Counted from the first letter of the stretch, positions 11,348 to 21,799 are shown. The stretch is 64,000 nt of DNA from an uncultured Clostridia bacterium (GCA_934120045.1 CAKOTF010000003.1:1210-65209), one strand, 5' to 3'. Numbers and translations: made by a program. The notes: generated by a model from the letters alone, not told the origin.

Positions 11348-11965
11348 ATGGGAGAACATCCTATTGAAAATTTAATGATGACAGCAATGAATAGTATTCA
11401 AAACATGGTAGATGTGAATACTATAGTAGGTGAGCCAATTCAATCAATGAATGGAATTACAATTATTCCAATTTCTAAAGTATCTTTTGGATTCGCAGCA
11501 GGTGGAAGTGAATTTACAGGTGAAACTATAAAACAATATAGAATGAAAGACAAAGATGAAGAAATTGAATACAAATTACCATTTGGAGGTGGAGCAGGGG
11601 CAGGTGTTTCAATAAATCCAGTTGCTTTTTTAGTTGTGCAAGGAGATAATGTAAAATTAATGCCTGTTGACCATCAATCTTGTATTGATAGACTTATAGA
11701 TTATGTTCCAGATTTAATGCAGAAAATTAATGAAATGTTTAATAAATCTATTTGTCAAAAAGATGAAAGAACACAAAGAATTTTAGAAGATATAAAAAAG
11801 AAGAATTGTAAAAAATCGGATTGTAATAAGAATCAAGAGGAAAAAGGTGAAGAAGTGAAAAAACAAGATGAAAAAATTGCTCAAAATGAAGCTGATTCTC
11901 AAAAAGAAAATAAGATGAATATTGAAATAATTGAATCAGATGGAGAAGTTTTTGGGGAAGAATAA
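11348..11965 (+). CDS. ytfJ: GerW/YtfJ family sporulation protein with a long charged C-terminal extension
   Basis: VGEPIQSMNGITIIPISKVSFGFAAGGSEF, the Spore_YtfJ core. About 90 extra K/E/D-rich residues follow. Confidence 0.7.
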   Translation: MGEHPIENLMMTAMNSIQNMVDVNTIVGEPIQSMNGITIIPISKVSFGFAAGGSEFTGETIKQYRMKDKDEEIEYKLPFGGGAGAGVSINPVAFLVVQGDNVKLMPVDHQSCIDRLIDYVPDLMQKINEMFNKSICQKDERTQRILEDIKKKNCKKSDCNKNQEEKGEEVKKQDEKIAQNEADSQKENKMNIEIIESDGEVFGEE

Positions 11966-11981
11966 AGAGATAGTTTTATAA

Positions 11982-13367
11982 CTATCTCTTTTCAACAATC
12001 ATAGGTCCTATATTTGTAACAGTTCCAGCTCCTAAAGTAAGAACAATATCATCTTTTTTTACATTTTCTTTTAGATAAGAAGCACATTCTTCGAGAGAAG
12101 GAAGATATATAGCATTTTTTCCTAATTCAATTATTTTATTAACCAAATCTTTTGAAGAAATATTATAAGTATTAGTTTCTCTTGCTGCATAAATATCTGT
12201 AACAATAATATTATCAAATTCAAGTAAAGCATTTGCAAAATCATCTAAAAGATTAAATGTTCTACTATATGTATGTGGTTGAAATACAACCCAAGATTTA
12301 TTATATTTTTTATTTTTTAAAGCTTTTGCAGTAGCTTTAACTTCTGTTGGATGATGACCATAATCATCATAAACTCTAGCACCATTTAACATACCTTTAA
12401 ATTCAAATCTTCTATCAGCACCTTTAAATTTATGAATAGCATTTTTTATATCAGTTTTTGAAATTCCATAAGTATCACATAACGCAATACAAGCTAAAGC
12501 ATTTAAAACATTGTGTTTTCCTGGAATAGAAAGTGAAATATGTTCATAAAATTCATTATATTTATAAACATCAAATTCAGCCATTCCTTCATCATCAAAT
12601 TTAATATTTTTTGCTTGAAAATCAACATCATCATTTTCGATACCATATTTAATTGCTTGAGCTTTTGAATAAACAGGTAGGTCTAAACAATTATTATCAT
12701 CAGCATTTATTATTAAATGTCCATCTTCAGGTAGTAATTTTACATATTTTATAAAAGCATTCTTTATATTTTCTAAATTTTTATAATAATCTAGATGATC
12801 ATTATCAATGTTTAAAATTATTTCAGATTTTGGACTAAATTTTAAAAAACTCTCAACATATTCACAAGCTTCTATTATAAAATTTTCACTATTTCCAATT
12901 CTATAATTTCCATCAAGTTCTTTTATTATTGCACCAACTTGTATACTTGGATCTCTTAATGCTTCTAAGAAACATAAAGAAACAAGTGATGTTGTAGTTG
13001 TTTTTCCATGTGTTCCTGAAATTGCAATAGTATTTTTATAACATCTTGTAAGTTCACCTAAAAAATCAGATCTTTCTATAGTAGGAATTCCAAGTTCTTT
13101 TGCATGTACAAGTTCTGGATTGTCTTGATGGATTGCAGCTGTATAAACAACACAATCAGCTCCAATTACATTTTTTGCATCATGACCAACAAATACTTTA
13201 ATTCCTGCATTTTCTAAAGTATGTAAAATTTCTGAATCAACATTATTGCTTCCAGAAACAGAAAATCCCCAATTAGCAAGTATTTCTGCAATTCCACTCA
13301 TGCTAATTCCACCAATTCCTATCATATGTATTTTTTGATATTTTTTAATATTTTCAATATTTGGCAT
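11982..13367 (-). CDS. murC: UDP-N-acetylmuramate--L-alanine ligase
   Basis: MIGIGGISMSGIAEIL N-terminus, GTHGKTTTTS P-loop, 461 aa. Confidence 0.92.
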   Translation of the reverse strand: MPNIENIKKYQKIHMIGIGGISMSGIAEILANWGFSVSGSNNVDSEILHTLENAGIKVFVGHDAKNVIGADCVVYTAAIHQDNPELVHAKELGIPTIERSDFLGELTRCYKNTIAISGTHGKTTTTSLVSLCFLEALRDPSIQVGAIIKELDGNYRIGNSENFIIEACEYVESFLKFSPKSEIILNIDNDHLDYYKNLENIKNAFIKYVKLLPEDGHLIINADDNNCLDLPVYSKAQAIKYGIENDDVDFQAKNIKFDDEGMAEFDVYKYNEFYEHISLSIPGKHNVLNALACIALCDTYGISKTDIKNAIHKFKGADRRFEFKGMLNGARVYDDYGHHPTEVKATAKALKNKKYNKSWVVFQPHTYSRTFNLLDDFANALLEFDNIIVTDIYAARETNTYNISSKDLVNKIIELGKNAIYLPSLEECASYLKENVKKDDIVLTLGAGTVTNIGPMIVEKR

Positions 13368-13598
13368 TATAAAATCTCTCCTTGTATTTTCAAAATATAT
13401 GTCTAAATTATTAGTTCACATTATATACTTATATAATGCAAATTTCAAGTTTTTTGAGACAATAAATCTAAAAAAAAATAAAATAAAAAATTTTTTTGAA
13501 AAAAAAGAGGGAAAAAAGAAAATATTGGAGAATAATAGACTAGTACATAAGATATAAAACTTATTAGTACAAAAAATTTAACAGTGGAGGTGCACACA

Positions 13599-13871
13599 AT
13601 GCAAATAACAGACGTACGTTTAAGAAAAGTAAATTCAGAGAACAGAATGAAAGCTGTTGCTTCTGTAACATTCGATAATGAATTTGTTATCCATGATATC
13701 AAAGTTATCGAAAGTCAAGATGGATTATTCATTGCTATGCCAAGCAGAAAAACTCCAAACGGAGAATTCAAAGACATAGCTCATCCAATCAATGCTGAGA
13801 CAAGAGAAAAAATTCAAAAAGCTATTTTAGAAGCTTACAACGCTCCTGAAACAGAAGAATCAGCAGAATAA
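13599..13871 (+). CDS. spoVG: septation/stage V sporulation protein G
   Basis: [38 protein letters not shown], the canonical SpoVG. A ggagg RBS precedes the ATG at 13599 (the ORF track starts at an upstream in-frame GTG). Confidence 0.9.
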   Translation: MQITDVRLRKVNSENRMKAVASVTFDNEFVIHDIKVIESQDGLFIAMPSRKTPNGEFKDIAHPINAETREKIQKAILEAYNAPETEESAE

Positions 13872-13917
13872 TATATAAATATTATTAAAGCCCCAATTAA
13901 GGGGCTTTCTTTTATAT

Positions 13918-14163
13918 CTATATAATTTGTTTCCTGATAGAATCAACAATAATACCACAAATGACAAATTGTGTAGCAAAAGTAAAACTAGACTTAATTA
14001 AAACTTCACCAATATGATAAAATAAGTTAATTCCAAGTAATATGTAAGAAATTAATATTGCAGATGCAATACTTGCAAGAAATATTGAAAATAATATACC
14101 ATATTTTATAATTTTATAAGTATCTTTATCTAAATTTTTTAACCCTGTAATAATTTTATTCAT
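13918..14163 (-). CDS. small two-TM membrane protein
   Basis: An 81-aa ORF with two hydrophobic helices. The region is free of other genes. Confidence 0.4.
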   Translation of the reverse strand: MNKIITGLKNLDKDTYKIIKYGILFSIFLASIASAILISYILLGINLFYHIGEVLIKSSFTFATQFVICGIIVDSIRKQII

Positions 14164-14360
14164 AATAAATTCCAGTCCTTTCTGTCTTAAAACAAAGGCA
14201 AAATAAAATTAGTTCTTATAATTAATAATAACATCAAAATTTGTCGAAATCAAAGGAAATAAATCACAAATAATTACAAACATTTTTTCGAAAATATATT
14301 GACTAATAAAAACAAAAAATATATAATTCAAAAAGAAAAATAAGATAGGAATGATGAAAA

Positions 14361-15722
14361 ATGGCAAAAGCAAAAACAATATTTGTATGTAGTGAATGTG
14401 GAAATGAATCACCAAAATGGTTAGGAAAATGTCCAGCATGTAATAGTTGGAATACATTTTATGAACAAAAAATAGAAAAATACACAGAAGAAAACAAAAT
14501 AGAAAAAAAGATAAATAATACGCCAAAACCATTAAACACATATATAGGACAAGAAGCAAATAGAACATCAACAGGATATTCAGAATTAGATAGAGTTTTA
14601 GGGGGGGGATTAGTAAAAGGCTCATTGATATTATTAGGAGGAGAACCTGGAATAGGAAAATCAACATTAATATTACAATTATGTGAGAAAGTACAAGGAG
14701 AAGGAAAGGTATTATATGTATCTGGAGAAGAATCAGCAGAACAAATAAAATTAAGAGCAGATAGATTAAATGTAAAAAGTGAAGAATTAATGTTTTTAGG
14801 AGAAACAGATATTGACATAGTAAAAGAAGCAATATCAGAAATGCAACCAAAACTAGTAATAATAGACTCAATACAAACAATGTATTCAGATGAAATAACT
14901 GCTGCAGCAGGAAGTGTAAGTCAAGTAAGAGAAATAACAGCACAAATAATGAGAGTATGTAAAGCACAACAAATAACAACAATAATAATAGGACATGTAA
15001 CAAAAGAAGGAAACATAGCAGGTCCAAGAGTCTTAGAACATATGGTAGATACAGTACTTTATTTAGAAGGAGAGAGATATAATACATATAGAATATTAAG
15101 AGCAGTAAAAAATAGATTTGGATCAACAAATGAAATAGGAATGTTTGAAATGAGACAAGAAGGAATGTGTGAAGTAACAAATCCATCAGACATTTTAATA
15201 ACAGAAAGAGAAGACAATCCATCTGGCTCATGTATTATAGCAAGCATAGAAGGAACGAGACCAATACTAGTAGAAATGCAAGCACTAACATCACAATCAG
15301 TATTTGGAATACCAAAAAGAACTGCAAATGGATTTGATTATAACAGATTAGCAGTATTAATTGCAGTTTTAGAAAAAAGAGCAGGACTAGCATTGGGAGG
15401 GCAAGATATTTATTTAAATATAGCAGGTGGAATGAAATTAAATGAACCAGCAGTCGATTTAGGAATAATAGCAACAGTTGCATCTGCATATAAAAATATA
15501 CCAATTCCACAAAGTACAGTTGTTATGGGAGAAGTAGGCTTAACAGGAGAAGTAAGAAGAATTAATTTAATTGAAAAAAGATTAAAAGAAGCAGAAAAAT
15601 TGGGTTTTAAAACATGTATAATTCCAGAAAATAACAAAAAAAGCTTGAAAGATGAATACAAATTAGATATAATAGGTGTGAAAAATATTGGAGAAGCACT
15701 AAGAAAATTAGGAATAAAATAA
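14361..15722 (+). CDS. radA: DNA repair protein RadA/Sms
   Basis: N-terminal C4 zinc finger (CSECGNESPKWLGKCPACNSWNT), RecA-like Walker A (GGEPGIGKST) and a Lon-like C-terminus. The promoter is ttgact-17-tataat. Confidence 0.95.
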   Translation: MAKAKTIFVCSECGNESPKWLGKCPACNSWNTFYEQKIEKYTEENKIEKKINNTPKPLNTYIGQEANRTSTGYSELDRVLGGGLVKGSLILLGGEPGIGKSTLILQLCEKVQGEGKVLYVSGEESAEQIKLRADRLNVKSEELMFLGETDIDIVKEAISEMQPKLVIIDSIQTMYSDEITAAAGSVSQVREITAQIMRVCKAQQITTIIIGHVTKEGNIAGPRVLEHMVDTVLYLEGERYNTYRILRAVKNRFGSTNEIGMFEMRQEGMCEVTNPSDILITEREDNPSGSCIIASIEGTRPILVEMQALTSQSVFGIPKRTANGFDYNRLAVLIAVLEKRAGLALGGQDIYLNIAGGMKLNEPAVDLGIIATVASAYKNIPIPQSTVVMGEVGLTGEVRRINLIEKRLKEAEKLGFKTCIIPENNKKSLKDEYKLDIIGVKNIGEALRKLGIK

Positions 15723-15772
15723 AAACAAAAGATTAGAAAAATAGGCTTTATAGTAGAGAGGAAGGTTTTTCA

Positions 15773-16843
15773 ATGAAGGCAATAAAAGAAGATCCAATTG
15801 CAGAAATTTTAAAGAAAATAGCACCAGGAACACCTATAAGAGAAGGACTAGACAATATATTAAAAGCAAGAACAGGAGCATTATTATTAATAACAGATAA
15901 GCAGGAAGTAATTGATGAAATTGTTGATGGTGGATTTAATATAAATGAAGATTATACATCATCAAAATTATATGAATTAGCAAAAATGGATGGTGCAATA
16001 ATATTAAGTGGAGATATGAAAAAAATATTATTTGCAAATGCACAATTAATACCATCATATCAAATACCAACAGTTGAAACAGGAACGAGACACAGAACTG
16101 CAGAAAGAACAGCAAAACAAACAGGAGAATTAGTTATAAGTATATCTCAAAGAAGAAATATAATAACAATCTTTAAAGACAACTATAGATATATATTAGA
16201 AGATACAGATGTAGTATTAAACAAAGCAAATCAAGCAATTCAAACATTAGAAAAATACAGAAAAGTATATGATAGTAAATTAAGTATATTAAATGAATAT
16301 GAATTTAATGATATTGTAACATTAGATAATGTAATATCTGTAATTCAAAGAGCAGAAATGGTAAAAAGAATTGTAGAAGAAATAAAGAAGAAAATTTATG
16401 AATTAGGTGAAGATGGAAGACTTGTAAGTATGCAATTAGAGGAACTAATTGGGGGATTAGAAAAAGAAGAAATGCAATTAGTTAAAGATTATTTAGTTTC
16501 AGAATCAACTCCAGATGAAGTAATAGAACATTTAGAAAACTTAAATCACGAAGAATTAATGAAACAAAATACTATAGCTAAATTACTAGGATATGAAAGC
16601 TTTGAAAATTATGAAGATTTAGCAGTATATCCAAAAGGATATAGAATATTAAACAAAGTTCCAAGAATGCCAAGCTCAATTGTTGATAATTTAGTAAAAT
16701 CATTTAAATCATTTCAACATATATTAGTTGCAGACATAAATGACTTGGACAAGGTAGATGGAATTGGAGAAGTAAGAGCAGAAGCAATAAAACAATATTT
16801 AAGAAAAATGCAAGAACAATTTGCTTTTGATAATTTAACTTAG
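15773..16843 (+). CDS. disA: DNA integrity scanning protein DisA (diadenylate cyclase)
   Basis: DAC domain (DGAIIL, RHRTAERTAKQTGELVISIS) and a C-terminal HhH (VDGIGEVRAEAI). Confidence 0.93.
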   Translation: MKAIKEDPIAEILKKIAPGTPIREGLDNILKARTGALLLITDKQEVIDEIVDGGFNINEDYTSSKLYELAKMDGAIILSGDMKKILFANAQLIPSYQIPTVETGTRHRTAERTAKQTGELVISISQRRNIITIFKDNYRYILEDTDVVLNKANQAIQTLEKYRKVYDSKLSILNEYEFNDIVTLDNVISVIQRAEMVKRIVEEIKKKIYELGEDGRLVSMQLEELIGGLEKEEMQLVKDYLVSESTPDEVIEHLENLNHEELMKQNTIAKLLGYESFENYEDLAVYPKGYRILNKVPRMPSSIVDNLVKSFKSFQHILVADINDLDKVDGIGEVRAEAIKQYLRKMQEQFAFDNLT

Positions 16844-16956
16844 AATTTTTTTTAAAATTAAAAATAAAAATGTGAAATGTTTCTGAAAAATGTTGCAATT
16901 TAAAAAAATAAAATGTATAATTAGCTTCGTAAAACACAAAAGGAAGGATTAAAAAA

Positions 16957-17778
16957 ATGAAAAAAATATCAAACATTTTAACAATAATAGCATTAGTTGT
17001 TATTGTAGTATTAATAGGAACAATATCATTTGGATATTACAAAAAAATAACAATGGAAGTAAAAAATCCAATAGTAACAATGGAAGTGAAAGATTTTGGA
17101 ACAATAAAATTAGAATTATATCCAGAGATGGCTCCAGATACAGTTGCTAATTTCATAACATTAGCAAATCATGGATTTTATGATGGATTAAAATTTCATA
17201 GAATTGTAAAAGGATTTATGATTCAAGGTGGAGATAGCAATGGAGATGGTACAGGTTCTCCAGAATTAAGTGATATAGGATTAGCAGAATCAGGAACAGA
17301 TACAGATAAGAAATATGCAATAACTGGTGAATTTCTTGCAAATGGATATAAAAATAAAATAAAGAATGTGGAAGGAACTATTGCTATGGCAAGAGCTGAT
17401 TATACTTCATATTCATCACAATTAACAACAGAAAGTTATAATTCAGCAGGTTCACAATTTTTTATAAATACAGCAAATAATTCTTCACTTGATGGAAGTT
17501 ATGCTACATTTGGTAAAGTAATAGAGGGATTAGATGTAGTACATGCAATTGAAAATGTTGAAGTAAAGGCAACAGCAAAATCAACAGATTCAAATTCTGA
17601 TTCAAAATCAAATACAGAAGTAAGTACACCAGTAAATGATGTTATAATATCAAGTGTTACAGTAGAAACATATGGTATTGACTATGGAAAACCAAAAACA
17701 TTAGATGTATGGGATTATTATGATTGGGTATATAAAACATATGGAATAAATTTGAAATCATATAATACAGGAAATTAA
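16957..17778 (+). CDS. peptidyl-prolyl cis-trans isomerase, cyclophilin type, membrane-anchored with a Ser/Thr-rich C-terminal extension
   Basis: FHRIVKGFMIQGGD cyclophilin core with an N-terminal TM helix. Confidence 0.85.
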   Translation: MKKISNILTIIALVVIVVLIGTISFGYYKKITMEVKNPIVTMEVKDFGTIKLELYPEMAPDTVANFITLANHGFYDGLKFHRIVKGFMIQGGDSNGDGTGSPELSDIGLAESGTDTDKKYAITGEFLANGYKNKIKNVEGTIAMARADYTSYSSQLTTESYNSAGSQFFINTANNSSLDGSYATFGKVIEGLDVVHAIENVEVKATAKSTDSNSDSKSNTEVSTPVNDVIISSVTVETYGIDYGKPKTLDVWDYYDWVYKTYGINLKSYNTGN

Positions 17779-17783
17779 CAAAA

Positions 17784-17828
17784 AAAGATTTATAATAAAC
17801 TTTTGATTTATTATAAATCTTTTTTTAG
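17784..17828. terminator. bidirectional hairpin terminator (aaagatttataataaa / tttattataaatcttt flanked by A and T tracts)
   Basis: A perfect 16-bp inverted repeat lying between convergent ORFs. Confidence 0.5.
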
Positions 17829-17833
17829 TATGA

Positions 17834-17983
17834 TTATTTTTTATTGGATTTTTTTTCAGATGGAACGATAATTTTCTTTGTAGTTTTTGGCTTAGGGGTA
17901 ACATCTTTAATATGATTATATACAGGTGAAATGTCTAATGTTGAACCATCTCCATCAACAATCTTTATTTTATTATTTGCCAT
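17834..17983 (-). CDS. possible 49-aa basic small protein (MANNKIKIVDGDGSTLDISPVYNHIKDVTPKPKTTKKIIVPSEKKSNKK)
   Basis: An ATG with an aaaggat RBS. It ends at the bidirectional terminator and is below the ORF-track size cutoff. Confidence 0.25.
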   Translation of the reverse strand: MANNKIKIVDGDGSTLDISPVYNHIKDVTPKPKTTKKIIVPSEKKSNKK

Positions 17984-18118
17984 AACTAATCCTTTCTAAA
18001 AAAGTAGACTTTTATTTATATTATCATAAAAAATGATATATGACAATAAAATTTATTGAAAAAAGTTAATAAAAGTGATATAATATTTGTTACAAAAACC
18101 ATAAGGAGGTTTATTAAT

Positions 18119-18922
18119 ATGGTTAAACGGTTTGTGAGTATTTTCTTGGTTGGTATTGTACTTTGCATTTGCAATGTATGTGCAATGGCAGAAAATCCTT
18201 CTGAAGTCAAAGAGGAAGGAGAGTATTTCTGCGAAGTTGATGAGAATATTGTTACTGGAATTGTTAATGCCAATAATATTATTCTCAGAGATGGTCCAAC
18301 AGTAGAAAATAACAAAATTGCAACTTTAGAAAAAGGAACACGGGTAAGCATCATTATTGGAAGTGAGGTAGAAAATCAAGACAAATATGGTACAAGGATC
18401 AGAGTAAGGACTGAAAACTTAGAAGGATATGTAGCCCAAAAATATGTTTTGACCACAGAAACTGATGGGACAGAATGGTACCTTTTAAGTTATGCAACAA
18501 CCAAAGCAGGTGCCAATGCAGATCGTGATGTTAATGTGAAAATTGCATCAGAATACATTAATGGTAAGGTTTTAAGTCCGAACGAGAAGTTCTCTTTTTG
18601 GGATACTGTAGGTAAGTGTACTTATGAAAAAGGCTATAAGGATGCTACTGTTTACAGTAATGGTAAAAAAACACAAGGTATTGGTGGTGGTGTATGTCAA
18701 GTATCCACTACAGTGAACATTGCGGCAAAAAGTGCTGGAATTGTTACAAATGCAAGACGGCATTCTCTTCCTGTTAGTTATGCTAAGCGTGAAGATGAAG
18801 CAACAGTTTCTTATGGAAATTGTGACTTTAAATTCACAAATACTACGGAAAAGACAGTAAAAATTGTAATGAAAACAGGAGAAGGATTTTGCACGTGTGA
18901 AATTTGGGCAAAAGTTGAATAA
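18119..18922 (+). CDS. VanW-domain protein with a signal peptide and an SH3b-like domain
   Basis: GGGVCQVSTTVNIAAKSAG VanW motif. An aaggagg RBS sits before the ATG at 18119. GC content is noticeably higher than in the flanks. Confidence 0.75.
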   Translation: MVKRFVSIFLVGIVLCICNVCAMAENPSEVKEEGEYFCEVDENIVTGIVNANNIILRDGPTVENNKIATLEKGTRVSIIIGSEVENQDKYGTRIRVRTENLEGYVAQKYVLTTETDGTEWYLLSYATTKAGANADRDVNVKIASEYINGKVLSPNEKFSFWDTVGKCTYEKGYKDATVYSNGKKTQGIGGGVCQVSTTVNIAAKSAGIVTNARRHSLPVSYAKREDEATVSYGNCDFKFTNTTEKTVKIVMKTGEGFCTCEIWAKVE

Positions 18923-18934
18923 AGTTTAACAAAA

Positions 18935-18968
18935 ACAGAGGGAGTCATTGACTCCTTCTGTTGATTTT
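18935..18968 (+). terminator. rho-independent terminator after the vanW-like gene
   Basis: A cagagggagtc / gactccttctg stem followed by a T-rich tail. Confidence 0.5.
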
Positions 18969-19067
18969 ATAACTAAAAAATAATTGTGAAAAATTTCACA
19001 AAAAGTATTGACAAAGAAAAAAACGAATAGTATAATAAGAAAGCATTCGGCGAGTGCATAAAATCTT

Positions 19068-19153
19068 GGACAGATGGCCGAGTGGCTAAAGGCGGCAGAC
19101 TGTAAATCTGTTCTCATATGAGTACGATGGTTCGAATCCATCTCTGTCCACCA
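19068..19153 (+). tRNA. tRNA-Tyr (anticodon GTA), long variable arm, encoded CCA
   Basis: Acceptor stem GGACAGA/TCTGTCC and anticodon loop cagaCTGTAAatctg with a type II variable arm. A ttgaca-17-tataat promoter lies upstream. Confidence 0.9.
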
Positions 19154-19268
19154 AAAAAAGAAATCTAAAATGCTTTATAGTATTTTAGATTTTTTTATTG
19201 ACAATTTTAATATAAAAGAGATAAAATTTATTTAGAATAATAAAAAATAAATAGGAGAACAGAAGAAA

Positions 19269-20840
19269 ATGAAAATAATAAAAAAGGTAACAATAATTTT
19301 GAGCATAATTCTTTTTATTATAAGCTTAGAAGAAAATTTAGTAGCATATGCAAGTACAACAGAAGATATATCTGTAATAAAAAATCCAGATAGAGGTTTT
19401 TTTAAAACAATTAAAGTAGAGCTTCAAAAACAAGATGAAAATTTTGAAGAATTTGAAGAAAAAATTGATGAAATAAAAGATAATGATAAAGACGTATCAT
19501 TAATTTCACTACAATTAAATTTAAAAAACTTTGTTAAAGAATATGAAATAACAACAAAAAAGATAGAAGAAATTAATAAATATTTTTCAATAATAAGAGA
19601 AAATGGATATAAAACTATATTTAGAGTTGTATATAATTCAGAAGGAAATCAAAAACCAGAACCAGAAATTGATATTATTTTAAAACAAATAGAGCAGTTA
19701 AAAGATGTGTATGTATCAAATAAAGATATAATTTTTGTGGTGGAAGCTGGATTTTTAGGAGAAAATGGAGAATGGGTAAATGGAAGATATGATGGATCTG
19801 TTGTTGAAAGAAATAAAGTTATATCTAAGATGTTAGAAGTTATACCACAAGAAATACAAATAAATTTTAGAAAACCAAATTTTATAACAGATTATTTAGA
19901 AAGTAAAAATACTGTAAATGAGCAAAATGCATATTCAAGTGAGATAATAGCAAGAGTTGGATTATACAATACAGGATATTTATCATCTGAAACAGATAAT
20001 AATACATATCAAAGAATAGATAGAACAGAGAGTTTAAAATGGCAAAATTTTCAAACAAAATATACTATATTTGGTGGAATAGTGAAAAACTGGAAAAGTA
20101 CATATAACGATTTAGAAAATGCCATAAATGATATGAAAAATAGACATTGTACATACTTAGATAAAGATGAAGAACAAAATGTTAAAGAAAAATGGAAAAA
20201 TACATTATATATAGGAAGTGAAGAATTATATAATAGACAAAATGGATATATATATATTCAAAATCATTTAGGCTATAGATTATTATTAACAAACGCAGAA
20301 ATAAAAGGAACTGAAGCAGGAAAATCTGCCAATATATCTATAAATTTAGAAAATATAGGATTTGGAAATATAATAAAAGAAAAAAAGACTAGCATAATTT
20401 ATAAGAACTCAAAAAATACATATAAAGTTGAAACAAATATTGATATTAGAAAACAATTAAAAGATAATAATTATATTTTAAAAATTAATGAAGATATTCC
20501 AGAATATATGGAAAATGGAGAATATGATGTATATTTAAGCATAGGTGAGCCATATGAAACATTAGAAAATAATTCTAATTATTATATAAAGTTAGCTAAT
20601 AAAAATTTGTGGAGTGAAGAAACTAAAGGAAATTATCTAGGAAAAGTAACAATTGGGACTAATGCAAATAAGAATGGAAGCAATTCTGCAGATACAATAA
20701 ACCAAGTTACAGACAATCAAGGAAATACAATAAATTCTAAAATTATTATAGGAAGTGTAGTTGGAATTCTTGTTATAATAGTTTTAATAATAATTATAAT
20801 AATAAAAAAGAAAAAAGATACAGATTTATCAATTAAATAA
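19269..20840 (+). CDS. surface protein with a signal peptide and a C-terminal TM anchor, possibly glycoside-hydrolase-like
   Basis: An N-terminal signal and C-terminal IIIGSVVGILVIIVLIIIIIIKKKK. The family call is weak. Confidence 0.55.
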   Translation: MKIIKKVTIILSIILFIISLEENLVAYASTTEDISVIKNPDRGFFKTIKVELQKQDENFEEFEEKIDEIKDNDKDVSLISLQLNLKNFVKEYEITTKKIEEINKYFSIIRENGYKTIFRVVYNSEGNQKPEPEIDIILKQIEQLKDVYVSNKDIIFVVEAGFLGENGEWVNGRYDGSVVERNKVISKMLEVIPQEIQINFRKPNFITDYLESKNTVNEQNAYSSEIIARVGLYNTGYLSSETDNNTYQRIDRTESLKWQNFQTKYTIFGGIVKNWKSTYNDLENAINDMKNRHCTYLDKDEEQNVKEKWKNTLYIGSEELYNRQNGYIYIQNHLGYRLLLTNAEIKGTEAGKSANISINLENIGFGNIIKEKKTSIIYKNSKNTYKVETNIDIRKQLKDNNYILKINEDIPEYMENGEYDVYLSIGEPYETLENNSNYYIKLANKNLWSEETKGNYLGKVTIGTNANKNGSNSADTINQVTDNQGNTINSKIIIGSVVGILVIIVLIIIIIIKKKKDTDLSIK

Positions 20841-20842
20841 AT

Positions 20843-20912
20843 ATGGCGAGTCTAAGATTTTCTTAAAATTTTCATTTGATAGAAAATTTTAGACTCGCTT
20901 TTTTATACATAT
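20843..20912 (+). repeat. copy B of the conserved hairpin repeat (aaatatggcgagtctaagatttt...aaaattttagactcgctttttta)
   Basis: About 90% identical to 4073..4137. It forms a near-perfect 16-bp stem followed by a T-tract. Confidence 0.5.
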
Positions 20913-21004
20913 AGAAAAATTAACAATCTATTAATAATTAAAAAAACTATTGAAAAAAAGTAAAAAAAGAAATAAAATATACCCATAAATTTTATAGAAA
21001 AGGA

Positions 21005-21652
21005 ATGATAAAAATGAAAATAGCAATAATAAATGAAAATAGTCAAGCAACAAAAAATAAAATAATATATGATGCATTAAAAACAATAGCAGATAAAAAA
21101 GGATATGAAGTATATAATTATGGAATGGAAAATCCAGATGAAGAGAATTTAACATATGTGCAAGCAGGATTATTATCAGCAATATTAATAAACTCTAAAG
21201 CTGTAGATTTCATAATAACAGGTTGTGGAACAGGAGAAGGTGCAATGCTTGCATTAAATAGTTTTCCAAATGTATTATGTGGACATATAGAAGATCCAAC
21301 AGATGCATATTTATTTAGCCAAATAAATGCTGGAAATGCAGTAGCAATAGGATATGCAAAAGGATTTGGTTGGGGAAGTGAATTAACATTAACATACATA
21401 TTTGAAAAATTATTTGAATCAGATTTTGGAGGAGGATATCCAAAAGAAAGAGTTGTTCTAGAACAAGCAAATAAAAAAATATTAGATGAAGTAAAAAAGA
21501 TAACACATAAAGATATGATGACAATATTGAAAGAAATAGATCAAAAATTTTTATACCAAACAGTAAATAGAAATCAATTCAAAAAATACTTCTTTGAAAA
21601 TGCTGAAGATGGTGAAATAAAAGAATATATAAGAAAAATACTACAAAAATAA
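21005..21652 (+). CDS. RpiB/LacA/LacB-family sugar-phosphate isomerase-like protein with a C-terminal extension
   Basis: MKIAIINENSQ...DFIITGCGTGEGAMLALNSFPNV resembles the RpiB fold. Confidence 0.5.
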   Translation: MIKMKIAIINENSQATKNKIIYDALKTIADKKGYEVYNYGMENPDEENLTYVQAGLLSAILINSKAVDFIITGCGTGEGAMLALNSFPNVLCGHIEDPTDAYLFSQINAGNAVAIGYAKGFGWGSELTLTYIFEKLFESDFGGGYPKERVVLEQANKKILDEVKKITHKDMMTILKEIDQKFLYQTVNRNQFKKYFFENAEDGEIKEYIRKILQK

Positions 21653-21799
21653 TTTACATAAAAAGTAAAAAATAGCAGAAATTTTATTAAAATTATTGCA
21701 AAATAATAATAAACATAGTATAATATAAAAGGCAAAAAAATACAATATAGTAAATATAAAGAAAAAATATATAATATAAGAAAAAAGAGAGGTTAAAAA

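Noticed and set aside
14209-15231. 340-aa Leu/Phe-rich ORF on the minus strand
   Set aside because: It lies entirely antisense to radA, which has unmistakable zinc-finger, RecA and Lon motifs. The composition is the typical antisense artefact of an AT-rich genome.
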